In this document: one piece after another, positions 53,403 through 61,598 of the stretch | How the letters are laid out: each line of letters starts with the position of its first letter | Numbering within the stretch: position 1 is the first letter of the stretch | Source: Bianqueaceae bacterium | GTDB lineage: Bacteria > Bacillota > Clostridia > Lachnospirales > Bianqueaceae | Direction: 5' to 3' | Assembly (NCBI GenBank): GCA_045599825.1 | Contig: JAZRWR010000113.1 | Location: 3,938-67,937, forward strand | DNA length: 64,000 nt | Notes under the pieces: generated by a model | What the model was told of the DNA's origin: nothing | Seen by the model: only the letters and a program-made list of their open reading frames with translations | Database searches by the model: none | Position numbers and translations under genes: made by a program

Positions 53403-54605
53403 ATGCTGGAATTCGAAATGGACGAGCAGTTCGGCGGCGGAGAGGAAATCGCCAGATTGCTGGTTGTCGGCGTCGGTGGCGGCGGCGGCAATGCGGTCGA
53501 GCGTATGCTCGAATCCGGCATGGAGGGTGCTGACTTTCTGCTTGTCAACACCGATAAACAGGTTTTGTACCGCGGAAAGGCCGAAAGCAAGCTGCTGATC
53601 GGTGAACAGCTTACGAAGGGCCGCGGCGCCGGCGGACGTGCCGAGGTCGGCCGTCAGGCGGCGGAGGAGAGCGAGGAAGCTATCCGCAACGCGGTTCGCG
53701 GTTATGATATGGTCTTTGTAACGGCCGGCATGGGCGGCGGCACCGGTACCGGCGCAGCGCCTATCGTCGCTCGGGTCGCGCACGATCTGGGCATCCTGAC
53801 CGTCGGCGTTGTGACCAAGCCCTTCACCTTTGAGGGCGCCCGGAAAATGCGTCTGGCCAATGCCGGCGTAGACGAGCTGGCCAAGAACGTGGACAGCCTC
53901 ATCACCATCTCCAACGACCGCCTGCTGGGCATCTCCGACCCCAAGACGACGATGATCGAAGCCTTTTCGATGGCTGACAGCGTCCTGCAGGAGGGTGTTC
54001 AGGGCATCTCCGATCTGATTTACCGTCCCGGTATCATCAACCTGGACTTTGCCGATGTTACTACCGTTATGGAAGGCCACGGCAACGCGCATATGGGCAT
54101 CGGTATCGCCTCCGGCGACGGCCGTGCCAGGAAAGCCGCTGAAATGGCCATTTCCTCGCCCCTGCTGGAGACCACCATCGACGGCGCGCGTGCCCTTCTG
54201 GTCAACGTCTGCGGCAGCGCCGACATGGGCATCTTTGAATACAACGAGGTCCTGGAGCACATCACCTCCCGCGTAGACGAAGAGGCGCTCATCATCATCG
54301 GCAGCTCCGTTGACGAGACGCTGGGCGAGTCCATCAAGGTTACCGTCATCGCGACCGATTTCGTCGGTGAGATCCCCCATTACACGGCGCCTGCCGCGGT
54401 CAAGGAGGATAAGGAGCAGGAGCCTGTGCGTCCCGCCGACTCAACGCCCATCAAGCTGGACGATGAGGAAATCGACGAGGAGCCCATTCCCGTGAAGGTC
54501 GACGTTCCCCTGCCTCAGAAGGTAGAGCCCGTGCCGGATGACGAAGAGGAAAAAAAGGATGTCCTGGATATTCCGCTTTTCCTGCAGAGAAAAAAGCGCA
54601 AGTAA
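53403..54605 (+). CDS. ftsZ: Cell-division GTPase FtsZ
   Basis: Blocks present: VVGVGGGGGNAV, GAGGRAEVG, TAGMGGGTGTGAAP, NLDFADV. C-terminal DIPLFLQRKKRK peptide. ATG 53403 follows AAAGGAGG. Confidence 0.95.
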   Translation: MLEFEMDEQFGGGEEIARLLVVGVGGGGGNAVERMLESGMEGADFLLVNTDKQVLYRGKAESKLLIGEQLTKGRGAGGRAEVGRQAAEESEEAIRNAVRGYDMVFVTAGMGGGTGTGAAPIVARVAHDLGILTVGVVTKPFTFEGARKMRLANAGVDELAKNVDSLITISNDRLLGISDPKTTMIEAFSMADSVLQEGVQGISDLIYRPGIINLDFADVTTVMEGHGNAHMGIGIASGDGRARKAAEMAISSPLLETTIDGARALLVNVCGSADMGIFEYNEVLEHITSRVDEEALIIIGSSVDETLGESIKVTVIATDFVGEIPHYTAPAAVKEDKEQEPVRPADSTPIKLDDEEIDEEPIPVKVDVPLPQKVEPVPDDEEEKKDVLDIPLFLQRKKRK

Positions 54606-54611
54606 TTCACA

Positions 54612-54647
54612 AAGGGCTTAAAGGTTTCCGCCTTTAAGCCCTTTTAT
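54612..54647 (+). terminator. Rho-independent terminator after ftsZ
   Basis: AAGGGCTTAAAGG (54612-54624) pairs with CCTTTAAGCCCTT (54631-54643), then TTAT. Confidence 0.65.
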
Positions 54648-54672
54648 CAAACAGATGCATGAGGTGCGGCTT

Positions 54673-55482
54673 ATGAAACGAGCCTTGATTTATCCGAACG
54701 AGCGCCGTGACGAGGGCCTTGCGGTCAGTCACCGGCTGGAAGCCTTTCTGAAGGAGCAGGGGCTGGAGGTGCAGCTGTACGCGCCGGGCCTTGAGCTGAG
54801 CGGCTTCAGCTTCTGTGCGGCGCTGGGCGGCGACGGGACCATTCTGCGCGCCGGACAGCTGCTGCTCGGCACGGACACGCCCATCGTCGGCCTCAACCTC
54901 GGCCATCTGGGCTATCTGACCGAGATGACGGAGGAGGACGCCGAAGAAAAGCTTCTGCGCGTCATCCGCGGCGATTACTCCTGCGAAGCGCACATGATGC
55001 TGGACGGCGAGCTTCATTTTGCCGACGGCCGGACCGCCTCGCACGCGGCCATCAACGAGTTCGTCCTGCGCCGCTCCAACTCCGCCGGCGCGGCATCCTT
55101 CACGGTTTCGGTCAACGGCTCGTATATGGACTCCTTCCGCGGCGACGGCATCCTTCTGGCCACGCCCTGCGGCTCGACCGGCTACAATCTTTCGGCCGGC
55201 GGCCCCATTCTCAATCCCGCAGCGGACAATATCGTGCTCACGCCTCTGTGCAACCATTCGATTCTGGAGCGCTCGCTGGTGCTTCTCGGGAGCGACCTCA
55301 TCGAAATCGACATCACGCCGGACCCCTTCCAGGATTTTCCGACCTTCACCACCGACGGACTTTACCACGACACGCTGGACGGTCCCTGCCGCCTGCTCAT
55401 CCGGAAGAGCCGCTATCACTTCCCGCTCATCCGTCTGGGCAACCAGAATTTCTTCCAGATCCTGCGTGAAAAAATGCAATAA
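54673..55482 (+). CDS. nadK: NAD(+) kinase
   Basis: GGDGT motif (LGGDGTILRA), NLGHLGYL, ATPCGSTGYNLSAGGP. Start chosen at ATG 54673 after GAGGTG. Confidence 0.85.
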   Translation: MKRALIYPNERRDEGLAVSHRLEAFLKEQGLEVQLYAPGLELSGFSFCAALGGDGTILRAGQLLLGTDTPIVGLNLGHLGYLTEMTEEDAEEKLLRVIRGDYSCEAHMMLDGELHFADGRTASHAAINEFVLRRSNSAGAASFTVSVNGSYMDSFRGDGILLATPCGSTGYNLSAGGPILNPAADNIVLTPLCNHSILERSLVLLGSDLIEIDITPDPFQDFPTFTTDGLYHDTLDGPCRLLIRKSRYHFPLIRLGNQNFFQILREKMQ

Positions 55483-55494
55483 ACCAAAACAAAA

Positions 55495-55530
55495 ACCGGC
55501 TGAAAAATCGTTTCAGTCGGTTTTCTTATT
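55495..55530. terminator. Bidirectional terminator between nadK and the convergent acyl-CoA ligase gene
   Basis: ACCGGCTGAAA, loop aatcg, TTTCAGTCGGT, flanked by an A-run and a T-run. Confidence 0.65.
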
Positions 55531-55539
55531 TGGCAGAGC

Positions 55540-57177
55540 TTATTCGATTTCGTTTTGCTTGGCAACCAGCTGGGCACCGCCGTAGCGGGCGCGCAGGACG
55601 GGCTTTTCGATCTTTCCGGTGGGGTTGCGCGGCACATCGGCGAAGATGATGCAGCGCGGACGCTTGTAGCGCGGCATGCCCTGGCAGAACGCATTGATGT
55701 CGTCCTCGGTGGCGGCGGCGCCTTCCTTCAGTTCAATGATGGCAGCCGCCATTTCGCCGAGCCGCTGGTCGGGCAGGCCGATGACTGCGACGTCCTTGAC
55801 AGCCGGATGCGCGCGCAGGAAGTCTTCGATCTGGACGGGGTAGAGGTTTTCGCCGCCGCTGATGATGACGTCCTTCTTACGGTCGACCAGGAAGATGAAG
55901 CTGTCCTCGTCCTTCATGGCCATATCTCCGGTGAGGAGCCAGTCCTCGTGCATGACCTCAGCCGTGGCGGCGGGATCGCGGTAATAGCACTTCATGACGC
56001 CGGGGCCGCGGACCGCCAGCTCGCCGACGCTGCCCTGCGGGACTTCCTTGAAGTTTTCGTCGACGATGACGGCCTCCCAGCCGAAGCCGGGTATGCCGAT
56101 GGCGCCGACCTTGTGGATGTTATCCAGTCCCAGATGCACGCAGCCGGGGCCGATGGATTCGGACAGACCGTAGTTGGTGTCGTATTTGTGATGAGGGAAG
56201 TAGTCCATCCAGCGCTTGATGAGGCTGGGCGGAACGGGCTGCGCGCCGATGTGCATCAGACGCCACTGTTCAAGCTTGTAATCGGAGAGCTTCAGTTCAC
56301 CGCGGTCCAGGCTGTCCAGGATATCCTGCGCCCAGGGCACGAGCAGCCAGACGATGGTGGCGCCCTCATTGGAGGCGGTTTCCAGAATGTACTTGGGCTT
56401 GGTGCCGCGCAGGAGCACGGTCTTGGAGCCGGTCAGCAGGCTGCCGAACCAGTGCATCTTGGCGCCGGTATGATAGAGCGGCGGGATGCAGAGGAAGACG
56501 TCGTCCTTGGTGGTGCGGTGATGGTTCTGCTCGACGCGGCAGGAGTGGACAAGCGCTTCGTGGGTGTGCAGGATGGCCTTCGGGAAGCCCGTCGTGCCGG
56601 AACTGAAGTAGATGGCGGCGTAGTCATTGTCAGTGAGCGGAATGCCGGGATTCTTGCTGGAGCAGTTGGCACAGTCGCTGCGCAGATCCTCGGCGAAGGA
56701 GGGGCAGTTGCTGCCGACGAAGAAGAGCAGGCGGTTTTTGCTGATGTTGTCGGCGATTTCCTCGACGCGGCCGATGAATTCGGGTCCGAAGAAGAGCACA
56801 TCCGCCTCGGCCAGATCCAGGCAGTACTGGATTTCATCGGAGGAGTAGCGGAAGTTCAGGGGCACGGCCAGCGCGCCGGTCTTCAGAATACCGAAGTACA
56901 GGGGCAGCCATTCCAGGCAGTTCATAAGCAGGATGGCGACCTTGCTGCCTTTGCCGATGCCGCGGGAGAGCAGCATGTTGGCGCAGCGGTTGGCCTTTTC
57001 GTTGAAAACCTGCCAGCTGATTTCGCGGCGGTAGACGCTGGCCTTGGTGGGCTCGATCAGAGCATATTCTTTCCAGGTGACCCGGCGGGGATCGGAAAGC
57101 TCCGGATTGACCTCGACCAGGGCGATATCGTCCGGCCATTGGGCGGCATTGTTTTCAAGAAATGCAGTAATAGGCAT
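55540..57177 (-). CDS. AMP-dependent synthetase/ligase (acyl-CoA synthetase, ANL superfamily)
   Basis: Blocks present: IYFSSGTTGFPKA (AMP-binding motif), YGLSE, TGDMA..DEDSFIFLVDRKKD.I..GGENLYP, P.TGKI.K. Confidence 0.85.
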   Translation of the reverse strand: MPITAFLENNAAQWPDDIALVEVNPELSDPRRVTWKEYALIEPTKASVYRREISWQVFNEKANRCANMLLSRGIGKGSKVAILLMNCLEWLPLYFGILKTGALAVPLNFRYSSDEIQYCLDLAEADVLFFGPEFIGRVEEIADNISKNRLLFFVGSNCPSFAEDLRSDCANCSSKNPGIPLTDNDYAAIYFSSGTTGFPKAILHTHEALVHSCRVEQNHHRTTKDDVFLCIPPLYHTGAKMHWFGSLLTGSKTVLLRGTKPKYILETASNEGATIVWLLVPWAQDILDSLDRGELKLSDYKLEQWRLMHIGAQPVPPSLIKRWMDYFPHHKYDTNYGLSESIGPGCVHLGLDNIHKVGAIGIPGFGWEAVIVDENFKEVPQGSVGELAVRGPGVMKCYYRDPAATAEVMHEDWLLTGDMAMKDEDSFIFLVDRKKDVIISGGENLYPVQIEDFLRAHPAVKDVAVIGLPDQRLGEMAAAIIELKEGAAATEDDINAFCQGMPRYKRPRCIIFADVPRNPTGKIEKPVLRARYGGAQLVAKQNEIE

Positions 57178-57297
57178 GGGTGGAATCCTCTATATTCGAT
57201 AATTTTGCGCTTTAATGCGTTAACATCTTGAAGCATTGTATCAAAACGGTGCGATTTTGTCAAGGGATTTCGGAAAAATAAAAATACTTAGCAGGTG

Positions 57298-57326
57298 TTT
57301 ACATTCACGCATTAAAGTGATAATAT
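57298..57326 (+). promoter_or_regulatory. Putative promoter of yerC-iorAB, with one arm of an inverted repeat in its spacer
   Basis: TTTACA (57298-57303), a 17-nt spacer containing ACGCATTAAAG, then TAATAT (57321-57326). Confidence 0.5.
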
Positions 57327-57362
57327 AAAACTACTTTTTAACGGACAGAAAGGAATACAAAT

Positions 57363-57668
57363 ATGGCAAAAGCAGCCTATCGCCGCAAAGACGAGGCCTT
57401 TTACGAAGCTGTTCTTCAGCTCCAAAACACCGAAGAGGCCATTCTGTTTTTCAAGGACCTGTGTTCTTCCACCGAGATCTGCGCCATTGAGCAGCGTTTT
57501 GAGGTAGCCCGTCTTCTTTGCAAGGGTGAGGTTTATGTCGATATCGCGAAAGCCACCGGCGCTTCGAGTGCCACCATCAGCCGTGTAAACCGCTTTCTGA
57601 CGGAGGGAACCGGTGAATTCCGCCAGATCTTTGACCGTATGAACCTGGAAGAAACGTCTGAAGCTTAA
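57363..57668 (+). CDS. YerC/YecD family TrpR-related DNA-binding protein
   Basis: About 100 aa, with L.T..E...FF.DLC...E.......R..VA..L and the HTH Y.DI.K.TGAS.ATISRVNR.L. Confidence 0.75.
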   Translation: MAKAAYRRKDEAFYEAVLQLQNTEEAILFFKDLCSSTEICAIEQRFEVARLLCKGEVYVDIAKATGASSATISRVNRFLTEGTGEFRQIFDRMNLEETSEA

Positions 57669-57692
57669 ATTATTTGAAAGAAGGAAACTGCG

Positions 57693-59435
57693 ATGAAGCA
57701 GCTGTTGCTCGGAAATGCCGCCGTAGCCCGCGGCCTGTATGAAGCGGGTGTCGGCGTCGTTTCTTCTTATCCCGGCACGCCCAGCACGGAAATTACCGAA
57801 GAGGCGGCCAAATTTGATGAAATCTACTGTGAATGGGCGCCCAACGAAAAGGTAGCCATGGAGACGGCCTTCGGCGCGTCTCTGGGCGGACGCCGTTCTT
57901 TCTGCGGCATGAAGCAGGTCGGCCTGAATGTGGCGGCGGACCCGCTTTTTACCTTGTCCTACACGGGTGTCAACGCCGGCATGGTGATCGGCATCGCCGA
58001 TGACCCCGGCATGCATTCTTCCCAGAATGAACAGGACAGCCGTCATTATGCCGCGTCGGCCAAGCTGCCCATGCTCGAGCCTGCGGATTCGGCCGAGGCT
58101 CTTGCCTTTACGAAGGAGGCCTATGAGATTTCCGAGCGCTTTGACACGGCGGTCTTTATCCGGATGTGCACGCGTATTTCGCACTCCCAGAGCGTGGTCG
58201 AGACCGCGCCCCGCGTTGAGCTGCCCCTGAAGGAATACAAAAAGGATATCGGCAAGTACGTCATGATGCCCGGCAATGCCCGGAAGCGCCATCCCCTTGT
58301 CGAGGCGCGTACGGCCGCGCTCCGCGAATTCGCCGAGACCTCGCCGCTTAACCGCATCGAGTGGGGCGAAAAGCGTGAGCTCGGCATCATCACCTCCGGT
58401 ACCTCCTACCAGTACGTCAAGGAGGTCTACGGCGACAGCGTATCGGTGCTGAAGCTGGGTATGGTCTGGCCGCTGCCGGACAAGCTGATCCGCGATTTTG
58501 CAGCGCAGGTATCCGAGCTCGTCGTCATCGAAGAGCTGGATCCCTTCATTGAAGAGCACTGCCTGGCCATCGGCGTCAAGGTATCCGGCAAGGACAAGCT
58601 GCCCTGCGTCGGAGAGTTCTCGCAGAACCTGGTCGCGGAGGCGCTGGGGCAGGAAGCGCCCGAGCATCTCACGCTGGATGCCAAGCTGCCTGCGCGTCCG
58701 CCGGTCATGTGCGCCGGCTGCCCGCACCGCGGCATGTTCTATACCCTGCAGCACAATTCCATCACCGTCATCGGCGATATCGGCTGCTACACCCTGGGCG
58801 CTGTCGCGCCGCTTTCCTCCATCGACATGACGCTCTGCATGGGCGCCTCCATCAGTGCACTGCACGGCTTTAATAAGGCCCGCGGCGCTGAAGCCGAGAA
58901 GAAAAGCGTGGCGGTCATCGGCGATTCCACCTTCATGCATTCCGGCATGACAGGTCTGGCCAACGCCATGTACAATGCTTCCAATTCGACCGTTATCATT
59001 CTGGATAATTCCATCACCGGCATGACCGGTCATCAGCAGAACCCGACCACGGGCTACAACATCAAGGGCGACCCCGCCGCCAAGATCGATCTGGAGGCGC
59101 TTTGCCGCGCGATGGGCTACCGTCGGGTGCGCGTGGTGGATCCCTACGATCTGGACGCCTGTCAGAAGGCGGTCACGGAGGAGCTGGCGGCCGAAGAACC
59201 TTCCGTCATCATCAGCCGCCGTCCCTGCGCTCTGCTGAAGTATGTCAAGCATCAGGCGCCACTGCGGGTGGACGAAAACAACTGCGTCGGCTGCGCCCCC
59301 TGCATGGAGCTCGGCTGCCCGGCCTTAAGCTTCAAGGACGGCCAGGCGAAGGTCGATCCTACGCTCTGCGTCGGCTGCGGCGTCTGCAAGCAGCTGTGCA
59401 TGTTTGAAGGGCTGAAGCGCCCTGATGAGGACTAA
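57693..59435 (+). CDS. iorA: Indolepyruvate:ferredoxin oxidoreductase, alpha subunit
   Basis: N-terminal LLGNAAVARG..EAGV.V.SSYPGTPSTEI, TPP-binding GDIGCY...GDSTF.HSG, and C-terminal 2x[4Fe-4S] CVGCAPC...CP / CVGCGVCKQLC. Confidence 0.85.
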   Translation: MKQLLLGNAAVARGLYEAGVGVVSSYPGTPSTEITEEAAKFDEIYCEWAPNEKVAMETAFGASLGGRRSFCGMKQVGLNVAADPLFTLSYTGVNAGMVIGIADDPGMHSSQNEQDSRHYAASAKLPMLEPADSAEALAFTKEAYEISERFDTAVFIRMCTRISHSQSVVETAPRVELPLKEYKKDIGKYVMMPGNARKRHPLVEARTAALREFAETSPLNRIEWGEKRELGIITSGTSYQYVKEVYGDSVSVLKLGMVWPLPDKLIRDFAAQVSELVVIEELDPFIEEHCLAIGVKVSGKDKLPCVGEFSQNLVAEALGQEAPEHLTLDAKLPARPPVMCAGCPHRGMFYTLQHNSITVIGDIGCYTLGAVAPLSSIDMTLCMGASISALHGFNKARGAEAEKKSVAVIGDSTFMHSGMTGLANAMYNASNSTVIILDNSITGMTGHQQNPTTGYNIKGDPAAKIDLEALCRAMGYRRVRVVDPYDLDACQKAVTEELAAEEPSVIISRRPCALLKYVKHQAPLRVDENNCVGCAPCMELGCPALSFKDGQAKVDPTLCVGCGVCKQLCMFEGLKRPDED

Positions 59436-59447
59436 GGAGGGGAAGCC

Positions 59448-60014
59448 ATGACGAAGAATATCATGATTGTCGGTGTCGGCGGTCAGGGCTCGCTCCTGGC
59501 CAGTAAGCTCCTCGGCAGACTGCTGCTGGAGGAGGGCTGTGATGTCAAGGTTTCCGAGGTGCACGGTATGAGCCAGCGCGGCGGATCCGTCGTGACCTAT
59601 GTCCGCTTCGGCGAAAAGGTTTATTCACCCGTAATCGATGCCGGTCAGGCGGATTTCATCGTATCCTTTGAAAAGCTTGAGGCGGCCCGTTGGATGCCCT
59701 TCCTGAAGCCCGACGGCATTGTCGTGGTGAACAATCAGGAGATCGACCCCATGCCCGTCATTACCGGCGCGGCACAGTATCCCGCAGGTCTTCTGGAAAA
59801 GATGAAGGCCGGCGGCGCCAAGGTCGACAGCGTCGATGCGCTCGCGCTCGCGGAAAAGGCCGGCTCGGCCAAGGCGGTCAACCTGGTGCTGATGGGACGG
59901 CTTTCCCGTTACTTTGACATTCCCGAGGAGAAGTGGCTCAAGGCCGTCGAGGCCTGCGTCCCGCCCAAATTCCTGGAGATCAACAAAAAAGCCTTCGCCC
60001 TCGGCAGAGAGTAA
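59448..60014 (+). CDS. iorB: Indolepyruvate:ferredoxin oxidoreductase, beta subunit
   Basis: I.I.GVGGQG.LLASK.LG........DVKVSEVHGMSQRGGSV..YVRFG is typical of IorB. Lies immediately downstream of iorA. Confidence 0.85.
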   Translation: MTKNIMIVGVGGQGSLLASKLLGRLLLEEGCDVKVSEVHGMSQRGGSVVTYVRFGEKVYSPVIDAGQADFIVSFEKLEAARWMPFLKPDGIVVVNNQEIDPMPVITGAAQYPAGLLEKMKAGGAKVDSVDALALAEKAGSAKAVNLVLMGRLSRYFDIPEEKWLKAVEACVPPKFLEINKKAFALGRE

Positions 60015-60035
60015 AGGTCTGCAAACCACAAGAAA

Positions 60036-60070
60036 AGAACCGATTCCTTCACGAATCGGTTCTTCTTTTT
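60036..60070. terminator. Bidirectional terminator between iorB and the convergent MutS-like gene
   Basis: AGAACCGATTC, loop cttcac, GAATCGGTTCT, with an A-run upstream and TCTTTTT downstream. Confidence 0.7.
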
Positions 60071-61598
60071 ATGCGTTCATTTTGCGGGAAAGCACCTCGC
60101 GTGCGTAGCTCGTGAACTCGGGCTCGCCGCGCTCGATGCGGTAGCTGGCCTCGACGCCGTTTTTGCTGTGACGCGCGACGGCGCGGATGCTTGAGATGCG
60201 GCTGCCGGAAAGCTTTTCGTTCATCTGCGGAGCCTCGGCGGCCAGGTCGTAGAGGTGGGTGACCCAGATGCCGTGCAGGCCGGAAAGCTTGCAGGAAACG
60301 AGCACCTCGCGGCTTAAATAGAGGTTTTCCATGGGGGAGGTGCCGGTGACGGGCTCGTTGAAGAGCACCAGGCTGTCGGGTCCTGTCAGATCCAGTCCGC
60401 GGCGGATGGTCTTAAGCTCCTGGCCAAGCTTGCCGTGCTGCAGGCGCGTGTTTTCTTCGTGGGAGAAGACGGTGACGATGTTTTTGACAGGGCTGATCCT
60501 CGCGCTTTCCGCGGGGACGGGCCAGCCCAGCTGGCAGAGGGCCTGCAGACAGCCGACCGTGCGCAGGAAGGTCGTTTTGCCGCCCTGGTTGATGCCGGTC
60601 AGCACCAGGATCTCACCGCCTTTTTCAAAGGCGATGCTGTTGGTGACAGGCTGTGTCTCCTTGAGCGAGGCAAGCACCGGATTGGCCATGTCCTCGGCCT
60701 CAAAGGCCAGCTCTTCGGCGGGACGGATTTCCGGATAGCTCATCGGCAGCTCCAGCCTCTCCAGCAGGCGCAGGTAGCCCAGCGCGCCCAGGTAGAAAAT
60801 CAAATCGGCTCGGAAGTCTTCCATGTCTGCCGTGATCAGGCGCAGCGACTGCAGGAACAGGCGGCCGGACGCGGAGGTCTGCGTGGAAATCAGCTCCTTC
60901 AGCGGGGTCATCATTTCGTGCGGCGCGGAGAGCTCCCAGGGCGCGCTCAGATGCCCGACGTGCGCGGCCGGGGAGGCCGGAACGGTTCCGCGGGAGAAGC
61001 GTCCCTTGTGCACGGAGCAGAGCGACACGCCGGTCGTGCGCAGCTCACCGTTCAGAGAAAAGCGGAAGAGCATGCTCCCGGCCTGCTCAAGGCCTGCCGC
61101 AGCGTCATCCCAGACGGCCGGGAAGTTCTTGGAGAAAATGCCGGAAAGCTTCTCATCGCACAGCGATTGCAGCCGGGACAGGCCCTCGGAGCAGACGCGT
61201 CCGCAGGCGATCTCGTGTCTGAGGTAGCCGGAGAGGTCCGTAAGGGCATCGTAGGCGAGGCGCAGCACGGAGAAGTCGCGCAGGGCGCCGGAGATATCCT
61301 CGGCGGAGCTGTATTCGCCCACGGAGCGGATCTGTCCGAGCACACGGCTCAGGGTACGGATTTTCTCGACTAAGCGCGGCTGCTCGTCCAGCTCCTCCAG
61401 AACGGCGCGGCGGTAGGCCAGGTCATCGGGGTCATTCGTGAAGTAGCTGCTCCAGCTGAAGCTGAAGTCATCCTCGCGGGCCTCGCGGAAGAGGCGGTCC
61501 AGAAAACCGTCCAGCATCAGGTCGGAGGCGGCTTCTTCGCTCATAAAGAGGACGGGGCGCGTGGGCGCATCAGGCCGGCAGGAGGTTAAAAAGCCCAT
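60069..61598 (-). CDS. MutS-domain-V-type ABC ATPase lacking mismatch-recognition domains (509 aa, downstream paralog)
   Basis: LVLTGINQGGKTTFLRTVG (Walker A as in MutS domain V), SLVLFNEPVTGTSP (Walker B, DE replaced by NE), VTHLY. No MutS domain I and no Smr domain. Confidence 0.75.
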   Translation of the reverse strand: MGFLTSCRPDAPTRPVLFMSEEAASDLMLDGFLDRLFREAREDDFSFSWSSYFTNDPDDLAYRRAVLEELDEQPRLVEKIRTLSRVLGQIRSVGEYSSAEDISGALRDFSVLRLAYDALTDLSGYLRHEIACGRVCSEGLSRLQSLCDEKLSGIFSKNFPAVWDDAAAGLEQAGSMLFRFSLNGELRTTGVSLCSVHKGRFSRGTVPASPAAHVGHLSAPWELSAPHEMMTPLKELISTQTSASGRLFLQSLRLITADMEDFRADLIFYLGALGYLRLLERLELPMSYPEIRPAEELAFEAEDMANPVLASLKETQPVTNSIAFEKGGEILVLTGINQGGKTTFLRTVGCLQALCQLGWPVPAESARISPVKNIVTVFSHEENTRLQHGKLGQELKTIRRGLDLTGPDSLVLFNEPVTGTSPMENLYLSREVLVSCKLSGLHGIWVTHLYDLAAEAPQMNEKLSGSRISSIRAVARHSKNGVEASYRIERGEPEFTSYAREVLSRKMNA

